Of a DNA stretch of 64,000 bases, positions 39,020 through 48,739 are shown piece after piece. The stretch is from the NCBI GenBank assembly GCA_049521155.1, contig JBEKPC010000006.1, forward strand, positions 262 through 64,261, given 5' to 3'. Every line of letters begins with the position of its first letter. The stretch's first letter is position 1. The translations under genes and the position numbers were made by a program. The notes below the pieces were generated by a model. The model saw nothing but the letters and a program-made list of their open reading frames with translations, was not told the DNA's origin and ran no database searches. This stretch comes from Bryobacteraceae bacterium. Its GTDB lineage: Bacteria > Acidobacteriota > Terriglobia > Bryobacterales > Bryobacteraceae.

Positions 39020-40077
39020 GACCGTACCCCCATGAAGATCTGCTGCGCCTTCCCCAGCAGCGCCAGCTTCACGTTGCGAATATAAACGTCCAGCACGTTC
39101 GGCCCCTGCTTCTTTAAATCCGCCAGCTCCAGCGCCATCATCCGCAGCGGCTCGACTTCTGCCTGCGCCTTCAGCGTCTCGATCTCGACCGCCCTCCGGG
39201 ATTGCACAATCTTCTGATCCGCGCCCGCGTGGGCCAAGCTGATGTCGCTCGATACCTGGTTATAGGCGGTATTGATCGCCGCCAGCGCCGATTCCACCTC
39301 CGGCGGCGGATCGATCCCTGTAATCAGCGATGCATCGAACATTACTCCATACCGCGCCTGGGTCGACACGCACTCCTGATCCATGTACTCGTTCAAATCC
39401 CGCAGATTCTTGCGCAGGTCGTTGATCGAAATGCCAGCCACCACGGCGCCTTTTTCAGGATCGCTCGCGGTCACCGGCAGAGGCTTCGCTTCAAAGCTGG
39501 CGATCTTCTGCCGCAGCACGGAAACGAAGTACGCCATCACATGCACCATCGGTTTCTTGATCCCGAAAATGAACGCGTACAGATTCGCCTCGCTCACCCG
39601 GTACCGGATCTGTCCCGTCAGCCCCGTATTCAGCTGATCCTTGGTCACCGCATCCAGCAGCGCCCCGTTACTATTAGCGTGCGGATCCTCCAGATCCACC
39701 GCCATATTCATCGTGGTGGTCGCAATGGAGATTTTGTAGATCTTCTCCCACGGCATCTTGAAGTAAGGCCCGCCCGGAGGAATCACCCGCACTTGAGGAT
39801 AGACATAGCGGTCCTTCTCATCCGCCCGCAGCCCCGCTGCGATCGGATCGTCCAGCGTAGTCTTCCCCGGTACCCTTTGCGCGCGCCCAAACACCGTCTT
39901 CACCGCGCGCTCATTTTGATCGACGGTATAAATCCCGATCAGGACGCAGCGCACCATAAACCACAGTCCCAATCCAAACAGAAATCCGCTCACAATCAGC
40001 ATGGCGCCAGTATACTTGAAGCGCTTATAACGCAATCGTAATAGCGGCCGGGTGGGGCAGGCGGTTTCGCCTGCCAA
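39016..40077 (-). CDS. SPFH/Band-7 family membrane protein (divergent, with insertions)
   Basis: 353 aa. TM then YTVDQNERAVKTVFGR..., a typical SPFH entry. Coiled-coil C-terminus. Start could be the internal Met ending at 40002. Confidence 0.75.
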   Translation of the reverse strand: MAGETACPTRPLLRLRYKRFKYTGAMLIVSGFLFGLGLWFMVRCVLIGIYTVDQNERAVKTVFGRAQRVPGKTTLDDPIAAGLRADEKDRYVYPQVRVIPPGGPYFKMPWEKIYKISIATTTMNMAVDLEDPHANSNGALLDAVTKDQLNTGLTGQIRYRVSEANLYAFIFGIKKPMVHVMAYFVSVLRQKIASFEAKPLPVTASDPEKGAVVAGISINDLRKNLRDLNEYMDQECVSTQARYGVMFDASLITGIDPPPEVESALAAINTAYNQVSSDISLAHAGADQKIVQSRRAVEIETLKAQAEVEPLRMMALELADLKKQGPNVLDVYIRNVKLALLGKAQQIFMGVRS

Positions 40078-40080
40078 TCT

Positions 40081-41106
40081 TTACCGTGCGCCCAACCAAT
40101 AGTTCTTCCGAGTCTGGATCACCGCGCTGGGATAATCCGGCACACGCACCCGCAATGAATGAAGCCCTGCCGTGTCGGAAGGTGGTTTAAAGCTCAGCAG
40201 GTAGTAGTTATGAATCTGATTGGCGATCTTCTGTAAATCAGCGTCAAAATTCTTCTGGCTGGTGAAGGTCAGATACTCGCCGCCTGATAGCGCGGCAATC
40301 TCGGACGCCGCATTCCCCTTCAGTGCATTGACCAGCAACACCAGTTGCGGCGGCCAATTCATCTTCGGAGGCCGTTCGATCGAGGTCATTCCCGGCTTAT
40401 CATCCTCAAGCGGAGGCGGCTTCGGAGGCTCAGGCTTGGGATCTTCAGTGTTATATACGCTGTGCCGCAGATCTTCGACCACACCATTCCGCGCGGGAGC
40501 AAACGCCACCGAATAGATCACCGTATCGGTAGTGCCCAACTCAGCGACTACTTCTTCCAGTTTCGCTTTGCTGCCGTGATCGCGCGTTTCGCTGATCAGC
40601 AGAATCGCACGCCTGTAATGATTCCGGCTGCGATCCAGCATGTGGATCGCGAAATCGACGTTATCGATGGTAGCCGCAAAGCGGCTGGAGCAATCCCTCA
40701 GCTTCGTCAGCGCGATCTCAGTGTCCACGCTGCGGCGCGAGAAATCCCCCAGGATATAAGGATCAGCCCCATAAGTAATCACGGCGACCTCATGCGGCGC
40801 CCCGCCGGTAATCGCGTCGATCAGTACGCCGAGACCCTTCAGCTTCTTCATTTCCTGTTCCGCGGACCTGCTGCATTGCACCAAAACCACCAGCGATAAC
40901 CCGGAAGACTCCGGATCCTCATCGATGGTCACCGTCTGCCGCACGCCATTGTCCTCGACGACGAACTGCTCCGCCGTCAACCCATAAACCGTGTTGCCCT
41001 TCTTGTCCTGAACTCGCGTCGGAAGGAAGACCAAATCCGACCGCACCGTAAATTGCGGCTGTCCCGACAACAGTGCCGCCACTAACGCCAGGCTCAGAAC
41101 GCGCAT
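40081..41106 (-). CDS. Secreted VWA-domain protein (acidobacterial VWFA-related family)
   Basis: 341 aa. Signal peptide. N-terminal FTVRSDLVFLPTRVQDKKGNTVYGLTAEQFVVEDNGVRQ and the following VWA-like fold match my memory of TIGR03436. Confidence 0.75.
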   Translation of the reverse strand: MRVLSLALVAALLSGQPQFTVRSDLVFLPTRVQDKKGNTVYGLTAEQFVVEDNGVRQTVTIDEDPESSGLSLVVLVQCSRSAEQEMKKLKGLGVLIDAITGGAPHEVAVITYGADPYILGDFSRRSVDTEIALTKLRDCSSRFAATIDNVDFAIHMLDRSRNHYRRAILLISETRDHGSKAKLEEVVAELGTTDTVIYSVAFAPARNGVVEDLRHSVYNTEDPKPEPPKPPPLEDDKPGMTSIERPPKMNWPPQLVLLVNALKGNAASEIAALSGGEYLTFTSQKNFDADLQKIANQIHNYYLLSFKPPSDTAGLHSLRVRVPDYPSAVIQTRKNYWLGAR

Positions 41107-41139
41107 AGCTTTAGTGTAAATGCGTAATATACTCGATAA

Positions 41140-41670
41140 ATGACCAAGTCCATTCTCATTTCAGCCACGCTGCTGACCTCTGCCGCCCTGTCGTTCGCCG
41201 GCAACCCGCAAAGTCCTTCGGCCGCCACATCGGTTACCATCGCCGGTAAAACGATCTCGATTAAATACTCCGCCCCATCTCTCCGCGGCCGCCAGATGTT
41301 CGGCCCCGACGGCCGCATCAGCAAGGACCCCACCTGGCCCGTTTGGCGCGCCGGCGCCGACGACGCCACCGCCCTCCACACCGATGCCGACCTGGTCATC
41401 AACGGTCTCAATGTCCCTAAGGGCGATTACACCGTTTTCGTGCTCGTCAACGTGAATCCCTGGCAGCTCATCATCAACAAGCAGACCAAACAGTGGGGCT
41501 TGGAATATAGCGCCGCGCAGGACCTGGGCCGCGTCCCGATGACGATCATGAAGCCAGCCGCGCCCATCGAAACCTTCAAGATTACGCTCTCCGCCGCCGG
41601 CGGAAATAAAGGCAAACTCCAAATGGAGTGGGAGAACGTCATCGCCTCCGTCCCCTTCAGCGTGAAATGA
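41140..41670 (+). CDS. DUF2911-like secreted protein
   Basis: 176 aa. Signal peptide. YSAPSLRGRQMFG...VWRAGADDATALHTD..L...VPKGDYTVF pattern. Confidence 0.65.
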   Translation: MTKSILISATLLTSAALSFAGNPQSPSAATSVTIAGKTISIKYSAPSLRGRQMFGPDGRISKDPTWPVWRAGADDATALHTDADLVINGLNVPKGDYTVFVLVNVNPWQLIINKQTKQWGLEYSAAQDLGRVPMTIMKPAAPIETFKITLSAAGGNKGKLQMEWENVIASVPFSVK

Positions 41671-44294
41671 TCCCGCGCCCGGCAGACTCTTTGCGGGAGG
41701 GCTTTTCCAAGTGGACCGATGACTTCAACGAGATCCGCGGCTTCTTCTCTGAGATGCTCGAAGAAGAAGGCGACGCGGATCTCGCCGCGTTTTTGCGCTC
41801 CTGTTTCGGAGGCGAACCGCCGCAGTTAGCCTCTCTGCCCGCCCGCTACTGCCAGGCCCTTTCCATCGTCTTTCAACTCCTCGATATCGTTGAGGAGAAC
41901 ACCGCCAATCAGTTCCGCCGCCGCGCCGAGGATCCCCGCCGTCAGGAAGGCGAGCCCGGCCTCTGGCTCTACAACCTGGCCGACCTCCGCCAGCGGGGTT
42001 TTTCCGAAGCGGCCCTCCGCAGCGCCATGGAGCAGGTCTCCGTCGAGCCCGTCTTAACCGCGCATCCCACCGAGGCCAAGCGCGCCACCGTGCTCGAACA
42101 TCACCGCGCGATTTATCTCTTATTAGTCGAGCGCGACAACCGCCGCTTTACGGAGGTCGAAGCCGCCATTTTTCGCCGCCGCCTGAAGGCTGCGTTAGAA
42201 CGCCTTTGGCGAACCGGAGAAATTCGCGCTGAGCGTCCCCAAGTCGAAAGTGAAGTGCAAGGCGTCCTTCATTATCTGCGCTGGGTGTTCCCCGACGTGG
42301 TCGAACTTCTCGACCAGCGCTTCCAGCATTCCTGGTCCGCCGAGTTCGGAACGCCGCCTCCCAATCTGCCGCGCCTGGCCTTCGGAAGCTGGGTGGGAGG
42401 CGATCGCGACGGTCATCCTTTAGTCACTCCCGAAGTCACCGCGCGAACTTTGGTGCTGCTCCGCCACAATGCCCTGGCGGTGGCGCGGGACCGTATGCGA
42501 AAGCTCGGCGCGACGCTCAGCCTGGCCGAATCCGAAGTCCCCGTTCCCACAATCCTGCGCGATCGCATCGCACTGCTCCGCGAAATTCTCGGAGAGGAGA
42601 CCGCTCGCAAAGCCATCGACCGCAATCCCCGCGAGCCTTGGCGCCAGTTCGTCAACCTGATGCTCGCCCGTCTCGATCATGTCGACAAACCGGGAGGCTA
42701 TCGATCGGCCAGTGAGTGGATCGAAGATTTTGAGGTGCTGGAAGCGTCCCTGCGCGAAGCCGGCGCCCACAACGTCGCTGATATGGACGTGCGCCCCGCC
42801 GTCGCTCAAGCCCGTGTCTTCGGATTCCACCTCGCGACTCTCGATATCCGTCAAAACAGCCAATATCACGACCGGGCCATGGCCGGCCTGCTCCGCGCGG
42901 CGGGTTTTGCGGACTACGATTTTCCCAATTGGAGCGAAGCGAAAAAGCTGGAATTTCTCAATCGCGAACTCCAAACCCTGCGCCCGTTCACCGGCCCGCA
43001 CATGAATCTCGATCCCGAAGCCGTGCACGTCACGGCGCTCTTCCGCGTTCTTCGCGCGCACGGCACCCAGGGCCTGGGCCCGGTCATCGTCAGCATGACA
43101 AGAAGCGTCGCCGATCTTCTCGTTGTCTACCTGTTGGCCCGCGAAGGCGGATTATTGGTCGAAGGACCCGCCTGCGAACTCGCCGTGGCGCCCCTGTTTG
43201 AAACCATTCGCGATCTGGAAAATAGCGCCGGCATTCTCGACGCATTCCTGAGCCATCCCGTCTCCAAGCGCCGGCTCGCAAACGACTTAGTAGTCATGCT
43301 GGGATATAGCGACAGCAATAAAGATGGAGGCGTTCTGGCCAGCCAATGGAGCCTGCACCGGGCCGAACGCGACCTCACCGCCGTGGCCAAAAAACATAAC
43401 ACCAGCCTGACGTTTTTCCACGGCCGCGGCGGAACCGTAGGCCGTGGAGCTGGCCCCACCAACGTATTTCTCGACGCCCTGCCGCAAGGTTCCTTAACCG
43501 GGAAAATGCGCGTCACCGAGCAAGGCGAAGTGATCGCCCAAAAATACGCCAATCGAGTCACCGCGACCTTCCAACTGGAACGCCTGTTAGCCGGAGTCAC
43601 CCGCACCTCGCTGCTTCATAGCGTCCCCGATCCGCAGACCCAGCCCTTGGAATCGATCTGGCCGCAGGTCGCGGAAATCAGCTTTGAAAAATATCGAAAA
43701 CTAGTGGAAATGGAAGGTTTTGTGACGTTTTTCCGGCAAGCCACCCCCATTGACGTCATCGAACAAACGCAACTGGGTTCCCGCCCGTCACGCCGCAGCG
43801 GCGCCGGAACGCTCGACGACCTTCGCGCCATCCCCTGGGTTTTCAGTTGGAGCCAGGCCAGATTCCACCTGCCCGGCTGGTACGGCGTCGGCACCGCTCT
43901 CCATTGGCTCCGCCGGGAGCATTTAGAGGACTGGCCGTTCTTGTCCTATTTACTGCACAACGTCGAAGCCAGCCTGATGATGGCGAATCCCGAACTGATG
44001 CATCTCTACGCATCGCTGGTGGAAGACGAAGAAATCAAAACGCGCGTCTTCGACACCATCTTCGAAGAATACAAACTATCGGTATCCGTAATCGAACAAC
44101 TCTTCGGCGACGCCGCCACCCACCGCAAACGCCTGGCCCAAGCAATCCGCCTTCGCCGCAACGCGCTGGACCAGCTCCATAAAGAACAAGTCCGCCTCCT
44201 GCGAACGTGGCGCAGCGACCCGAAAGAAGAAACGCTGACCGCCCTGCTGCTAACTGTAAACGCAATCGGCATGGGCCAAAAGATGACCGGCTGA
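41667..44294 (+). CDS. ppc: Phosphoenolpyruvate carboxylase
   Basis: Conserved VLTAHPTE, GYSDSNKDGG, FHGRGGTVGRGG and the C-terminal NAIGMGQKMTG. Start placed at the ATG in an ATGA overlap with the preceding stop (track ORF begins 39 nt earlier). Confidence 0.92.
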   Translation: MIPRPADSLREGFSKWTDDFNEIRGFFSEMLEEEGDADLAAFLRSCFGGEPPQLASLPARYCQALSIVFQLLDIVEENTANQFRRRAEDPRRQEGEPGLWLYNLADLRQRGFSEAALRSAMEQVSVEPVLTAHPTEAKRATVLEHHRAIYLLLVERDNRRFTEVEAAIFRRRLKAALERLWRTGEIRAERPQVESEVQGVLHYLRWVFPDVVELLDQRFQHSWSAEFGTPPPNLPRLAFGSWVGGDRDGHPLVTPEVTARTLVLLRHNALAVARDRMRKLGATLSLAESEVPVPTILRDRIALLREILGEETARKAIDRNPREPWRQFVNLMLARLDHVDKPGGYRSASEWIEDFEVLEASLREAGAHNVADMDVRPAVAQARVFGFHLATLDIRQNSQYHDRAMAGLLRAAGFADYDFPNWSEAKKLEFLNRELQTLRPFTGPHMNLDPEAVHVTALFRVLRAHGTQGLGPVIVSMTRSVADLLVVYLLAREGGLLVEGPACELAVAPLFETIRDLENSAGILDAFLSHPVSKRRLANDLVVMLGYSDSNKDGGVLASQWSLHRAERDLTAVAKKHNTSLTFFHGRGGTVGRGAGPTNVFLDALPQGSLTGKMRVTEQGEVIAQKYANRVTATFQLERLLAGVTRTSLLHSVPDPQTQPLESIWPQVAEISFEKYRKLVEMEGFVTFFRQATPIDVIEQTQLGSRPSRRSGAGTLDDLRAIPWVFSWSQARFHLPGWYGVGTALHWLRREHLEDWPFLSYLLHNVEASLMMANPELMHLYASLVEDEEIKTRVFDTIFEEYKLSVSVIEQLFGDAATHRKRLAQAIRLRRNALDQLHKEQVRLLRTWRSDPKEETLTALLLTVNAIGMGQKMTG

Positions 44295-44417
44295 CAACAA
44301 CTCGTTTGCTTCCCGATACTTGCCGCTTCTGACGGGCCGTGCGCAAAAAGCGTCGAAATAAGGCCAGATAAGGCTCCTTACAGGCGCATATTTGAGAGGT
44401 TATGCTACTTTAAGCCC

Positions 44418-45716
44418 ATGCGATGGATCACAGCTCTCCTTTTTTTGCCCGCTTTGGTAGCGCAAAATGTCCAGACCGCGACCCTGGCCAATGGGATGAA
44501 AGTTATCATTCAGGAAGACCACAACATCCCTAATGTCGCCATGTATTTCTTCTATAAAATCGGCTCCCGCAACGAACGCCCCGGCATCACGGGGATCTCG
44601 CACTTCTTCGAACATATGATGTTCAATGGTGCTAAGAAATATGGGCCGAAACAGTTCGATAACGAGATGGAAAAGGCCGGCGGCAACAATAATGCGTCGA
44701 CAGGTGAGGACTTGACCACCTATACCGACTGGTTCCCTTCGAGCGCACTGGAACTGATGTTCGACATGGAGTCCGATCGCATCCGCGATCTGGCGCTGGA
44801 TCCGAAAATGGTGGCGTCGGAGCGCGGCGTGGTGTATTCGGAGCGGCGCACTTCGGTCGACAACAACAATCGCGGCATTTTGGAGGAGCAGTTACAGGCC
44901 GCGGCGTTCATTGCCCATCCGTACCATTGGCCGGTGGTGGGATGGCCGTCTGATATCGAAGCATGGACGCAGCAGGATCTGAAGGATTATTTCGCCATCG
45001 GCTACGCGCCGAACAACTGCACGATGGTGGTGGTGGGCGATGTGACGGTGGCGCGGGTGATGGAGCTGGCGAAAAAATATATCGAGCCGATTCCGCGCCA
45101 TGAGCCTCCGCCGCCGGTGCGCACGAAGGAGCCGGAACAACTGGGCGAGCGGCGCATTGTGGTGAGGAAGGCCGCGCAGTTGCCGCTCCAGATGATTGCG
45201 TATCATGTGCCGGAGGCGAAGAATCCGGACTCAATCGTGCTGGATCTGGTGTCGACCGTATTGTCGACGGGGCAAAGCTCGCGGCTCTATAAAAGGATGG
45301 TGGATGAAGAGCCGCTGGCGCTTTCAGTGAATGGGCGGGCGGGCGACGCGCTGGATCCGACGCTGATGATTTTCACGATCCAGCCACGCAACGGCGTGGA
45401 CCCGGCGCGCACGGAGAAGGTTTTGTACGAAGAGCTGGCGCGCTTGCAGACCACCGAAATTTCCGCGCGCGAACTTCAGAAGGCCAAGAATCAGCTTTTG
45501 ACACAGCATTACAACCGGTTGAAAACCATCGCCGGAAGGGCATCGCTGCTGGGGCATTACGACGTGATCTTCGGGGACTACAACAAGATGTTCACCATCG
45601 ATAAGGACTTTGAAGCGGTCACGGCGGCCGACATCCAGCGCGTGGCGAAGAAGTATTTCACCGAAAAAAATCGCACTGTGGCCACGCTGATTCCGGAAGG
45701 AGGGGCACGCAAATGA
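44418..45716 (+). CDS. M16 (pitrilysin-family) zinc peptidase, catalytic-type subunit, secreted
   Basis: 432 aa. Signal peptide. Inverted zinc motif HFFEHMMFNG (HxxEH). Confidence 0.9.
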   Translation: MRWITALLFLPALVAQNVQTATLANGMKVIIQEDHNIPNVAMYFFYKIGSRNERPGITGISHFFEHMMFNGAKKYGPKQFDNEMEKAGGNNNASTGEDLTTYTDWFPSSALELMFDMESDRIRDLALDPKMVASERGVVYSERRTSVDNNNRGILEEQLQAAAFIAHPYHWPVVGWPSDIEAWTQQDLKDYFAIGYAPNNCTMVVVGDVTVARVMELAKKYIEPIPRHEPPPPVRTKEPEQLGERRIVVRKAAQLPLQMIAYHVPEAKNPDSIVLDLVSTVLSTGQSSRLYKRMVDEEPLALSVNGRAGDALDPTLMIFTIQPRNGVDPARTEKVLYEELARLQTTEISARELQKAKNQLLTQHYNRLKTIAGRASLLGHYDVIFGDYNKMFTIDKDFEAVTAADIQRVAKKYFTEKNRTVATLIPEGGARK

Positions 45717-47119
45717 AAACCGTCCTGGTGTTTTTCGCCGCGGCGTCGTTGCAGTTCGGGCAAGCGAAGCTGCCGCAATATACGAAGGAAACGCTCCCCA
45801 ACGGAGCCGTGATCGCGATGATGCCGCGCTCCGGCGTGCCGCTGGTGTACTTTCGAGTGCTGATCAAAGGCGGCGTCGAATCGGACCCGGCGGACAAGGC
45901 GGGCTTGGCCAACGTGACGGCCAGTTTGTTGCGGCGCGGCACGGCGAAGCGTTCGGCCGAGCAATTCGCGGAAGAGTTGGATTATCTCGGCGGCACCTTT
46001 GGCTCTTCCGGGCAAGGCGGGCGCGGCGGAGGGGGCGAAGGACAACTGGAATCGGCGACCGTCATCTCGTCGGAATTTTTGAGTAAGGATTTCGATCAGG
46101 GGCTCGACCTGCTGGCCGACGCGGTGCTGCATCCGGCGTTTACGGAGAGCGAAGTCCGGAAAGAACTTGCTCGCCGGGTCGACGGCGCGAAGGCGATGAA
46201 GGACAACGCGCAGGGCTCGATCGGCGCGTATTTTAGAGCTAGCTTTTTTGGCAAAGACCATCCTTACGGGCATCCTCCGGACGAGATGTCCTACTCGTTG
46301 ATCGGCCGCAACGACATCGCCGCGTATCATTCGAAGTTTTATTGCGGCAAGAACCTGCTGATTGTAGTGACTGGCGATTTCGATCCGGCTGCCGCGAAGG
46401 CCAAACTGGCGCAGGTATTCGGTGCAGCGCCCGCCGGTTCAGCGTATACCTGGAGCACGGTTCCGGCGCCGGCGCGCAAAGGACAGATGCTGCTGATCGA
46501 TAAATCGGATGCGACGCAGACCTATTTCCAAATCGCGCAGCCCGGCATCGACAACAAGAATCCAGACCGGACCACGCTCGAAATCATTAACACGCTGTTC
46601 GGAGGCCGGTTTACGTCCATGCTCAACGATGAGCTGCGGGTGAATTCGGGCTTAACCTACGGAGCCAATTCGCAACTGGAGCAGGAGCGGCTGCCGGGGG
46701 CGATCGTGATCAGCACGTATACGAAAAACGACACGACGGCGCAGGCGATGGACATGGCGCTGGAGGTCTTGAAGCGCCTGAACGAGAAGGGAATTACGGC
46801 GGCGCAACTGGCGTCGGCGAAGGCTTACGTGAAGGGCCTCTATCCGACCAGGCGTTTGGAAACGATGGACCAGTTGGCGGCGCTGATCGGCGAGATTGAA
46901 TTGTACGGGCTGGGCCGCGACGAGGTGGACGGGTATTTCGGCCGGATCGATGCGATTACGCTGGAGCAGGCCAATGCGACGATCAAGAAGTATTATCAGA
47001 CCGGCAATTTGACGTTTGTGGTGCTGGGCGCGGCGGACAAGATTCGCGAGCAGGTGAAAAAATACGATCCGCACGCGACGGAGGTTTCGATCAAGACAGC
47101 GGGTTGGGGAGATCGTTAA
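45713..47119 (+). CDS. M16-family peptidase, non-catalytic (beta-type) subunit, secreted
   Basis: 468 aa, M16 fold pattern without HxxEH. 4-nt overlap with the upstream catalytic partner. Gly-rich insert GQGGRGGGGEGQ. Confidence 0.85.
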   Translation: MKTVLVFFAAASLQFGQAKLPQYTKETLPNGAVIAMMPRSGVPLVYFRVLIKGGVESDPADKAGLANVTASLLRRGTAKRSAEQFAEELDYLGGTFGSSGQGGRGGGGEGQLESATVISSEFLSKDFDQGLDLLADAVLHPAFTESEVRKELARRVDGAKAMKDNAQGSIGAYFRASFFGKDHPYGHPPDEMSYSLIGRNDIAAYHSKFYCGKNLLIVVTGDFDPAAAKAKLAQVFGAAPAGSAYTWSTVPAPARKGQMLLIDKSDATQTYFQIAQPGIDNKNPDRTTLEIINTLFGGRFTSMLNDELRVNSGLTYGANSQLEQERLPGAIVISTYTKNDTTAQAMDMALEVLKRLNEKGITAAQLASAKAYVKGLYPTRRLETMDQLAALIGEIELYGLGRDEVDGYFGRIDAITLEQANATIKKYYQTGNLTFVVLGAADKIREQVKKYDPHATEVSIKTAGWGDR

Positions 47120-47155
47120 GCGTGGTTTATGGTCAAATAAGACGTAATTAAGCCT

Positions 47156-47677
47156 ATGTTTCGATTGTCTCTCTGTTCGATCGCGATTGTCAGCCTGTGC
47201 CTCTCCGGCTGCGGCAGCTCGGAGTTCGGCACCGATTCCATTAAAGGGATCCTGGAAGGCTCGCCCGTAAATCTATCGGACGAGCAGGTAACGCTGACGC
47301 CTACCCAATTGGATTGCGGCGTCCAGAACGAGCTATGGGACCCACCGAGCGGCAACATAGCCCACTTGACGCAAAAGGGCAGGGATCTCAAATTTTCCGA
47401 CGATGTGCGCGTGACGGACCCCGACATTCACCTCCCCTTTACGCAGGTAAACGGCACGTTTCCGGTCTCGGTCTCCGATGTTTCGAAGCTCCGCGACACG
47501 GACGGCGGGATGAAGCTGGCGGACGTGAAGCTGGGAGTGGTGATCACGCACGATTGCTTCACGTCTCCTCTGCCGTTAATGGGGATCAAGAAAGGCAAAT
47601 TCGCCCCGGATGCGCCGGTGGTGTTCCGGTTCCAGGGGAGCGGGAAAGAGTGGACGCTCGATAAGCTGGTGCATTGA
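47156..47677 (+). CDS. Lipoprotein, unknown function
   Basis: 173 aa. Lipobox LCLSGC after a hydrophobic signal. Confidence 0.6.
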   Translation: MFRLSLCSIAIVSLCLSGCGSSEFGTDSIKGILEGSPVNLSDEQVTLTPTQLDCGVQNELWDPPSGNIAHLTQKGRDLKFSDDVRVTDPDIHLPFTQVNGTFPVSVSDVSKLRDTDGGMKLADVKLGVVITHDCFTSPLPLMGIKKGKFAPDAPVVFRFQGSGKEWTLDKLVH

Positions 47678-47721
47678 GAGTCCTTCCATAAATTGCGGCG
47701 GCAAGCCGCAGCGCCAAAGAG

Positions 47722-47742
47722 TGCGCGCGCAGTGCGTATAAT
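47722..47742 (+). promoter_or_regulatory. Candidate hicAB -10 element with adjacent palindromic operator
   Basis: Perfect TATAAT at 47737-47742, 11 nt before the GTG start. 10-bp palindrome TGCGCGCGCA at 47722-47731 lies just upstream. No convincing -35. Confidence 0.35.
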
Positions 47743-47753
47743 AGCAAGAGGCA

Positions 47754-47954
47754 GTGAGGCGATTGAATAGTCGCGTGGTGATCGCCAGATTGAAGCACGA
47801 CGGTTGGTTCGAGGTGACGCGGGTGGGCAGTCATAAACAGTTCCGTCACAAAAAGAAATCCGGACGTGTGACGGTGCCCCATCCGAAGCGCGATATCCCC
47901 ATTGGCACCCTGAGAAGCATTGAGAAGCAGGCTGGTCTGAAACTGGTGGATTAA
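47754..47954 (+). CDS. hicA: HicA mRNA-interferase toxin
   Basis: 66 aa. LKHDGWFEVTRVGSHKQFRH...VTVPHP..DIPIGTLRSIEKQAGL is canonical HicA. Confidence 0.85.
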   Translation: MRRLNSRVVIARLKHDGWFEVTRVGSHKQFRHKKKSGRVTVPHPKRDIPIGTLRSIEKQAGLKLVD

Positions 47955-47956
47955 CG

Positions 47957-48394
47957 ATGGAGAAACGACTGGAATATATCGCTTATTTGCACAAGGAAGC
48001 CGGCTCCGATTTCGGTGTGAGTTTCCCGGATTTTCCTGGCTGCATTACGGCGGCCAGAACGCTCGACGAAGCCCGGCGGTTGGCACCCGAGGCATTAGGC
48101 CTGCATATCCAGGGCTTGGTTGAGGACGGCGGAAAGATTCCAAAGCCTTCGACTCTGGATGAGTTGGCGTCGGATCCCAATATGAAGAAGGCGGTGGCGT
48201 TTCTGGTGAGCGTCGATCCGCCTGGCGATCGGGTCGTACGCATTAATCTGACCGTTCGTGAAAGCCAGATCGAGAAGATCGATGAGGCGGCAAAGAGACT
48301 CCACCTCAGCCGCTCCGTCTATATGGTCCAGTCGGCGTTGAGCGGAGGGGCGCGGGGCGGACCTGTGCGGGGTGCGCGCGAGAAGGTACGCTGA
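47957..48394 (+). CDS. hicB: HicB antitoxin with C-terminal RHH/CopG-like DNA-binding domain
   Basis: 145 aa. YIAYLHKEAGSDFGVSFPDFPGCITAARTLDEA (HicB RNase-H-like fold) plus INLTVRESQIEKIDEAAKRLHLSRS. 2-nt gap after hicA. Confidence 0.85.
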   Translation: MEKRLEYIAYLHKEAGSDFGVSFPDFPGCITAARTLDEARRLAPEALGLHIQGLVEDGGKIPKPSTLDELASDPNMKKAVAFLVSVDPPGDRVVRINLTVRESQIEKIDEAAKRLHLSRSVYMVQSALSGGARGGPVRGAREKVR

Positions 48395-48718
48395 TGCGTG
48401 AGATTCCGATCCTCCGTTCACAGCGGCTTGCAGCTGCTTTACATAGTTAATCCGGCGCTCGGGAAGGCTGATAGTTCCTTTCCGCACCAAGGACAGTAGT
48501 AAATGAGAAGCTGGCCAACGCTGCTTTCGTCTCCATTTTCGTTGCGAGCGCGGCATTGGAGGGCAAAGCGTTTGCGTCCGGGCGTGGCGGCTCATGATAG
48601 GAATAGACCACACGAAAGCCGTCGCCCGCCGTGTTCGACGAGTGTTTCTCGAAGCTTTCACAACACCAGATCATAGTGTGCATCCAGCCTAGCAAGATGT
48701 TATGGGTTGACAGAAAGG

Positions 48719-48731
48719 TCCCATTATGGGA
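48719..48731. promoter_or_regulatory. 13-bp perfect palindrome upstream of higB (candidate HigA operator)
   Basis: TCCCAT-T-ATGGGA at 48719-48731, immediately after a TTGACA hexamer (48707-48712) and 9 nt before the proposed higB TTG start. Confidence 0.35.
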
Positions 48732-48739
48732 ACATTAAT

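Noticed and set aside
39202-40041. 279-aa plus-strand ORF
   Set aside because: Antisense to the SPFH gene. His/Arg/Ile/Gln-rich translation without motifs.
41628-41666. Upstream start of the ppc ORF
   Set aside because: It would overlap the DUF2911-like gene by 43 nt. An ATG in an ATGA stop/start overlap at 41667 gives a normal N-terminus.
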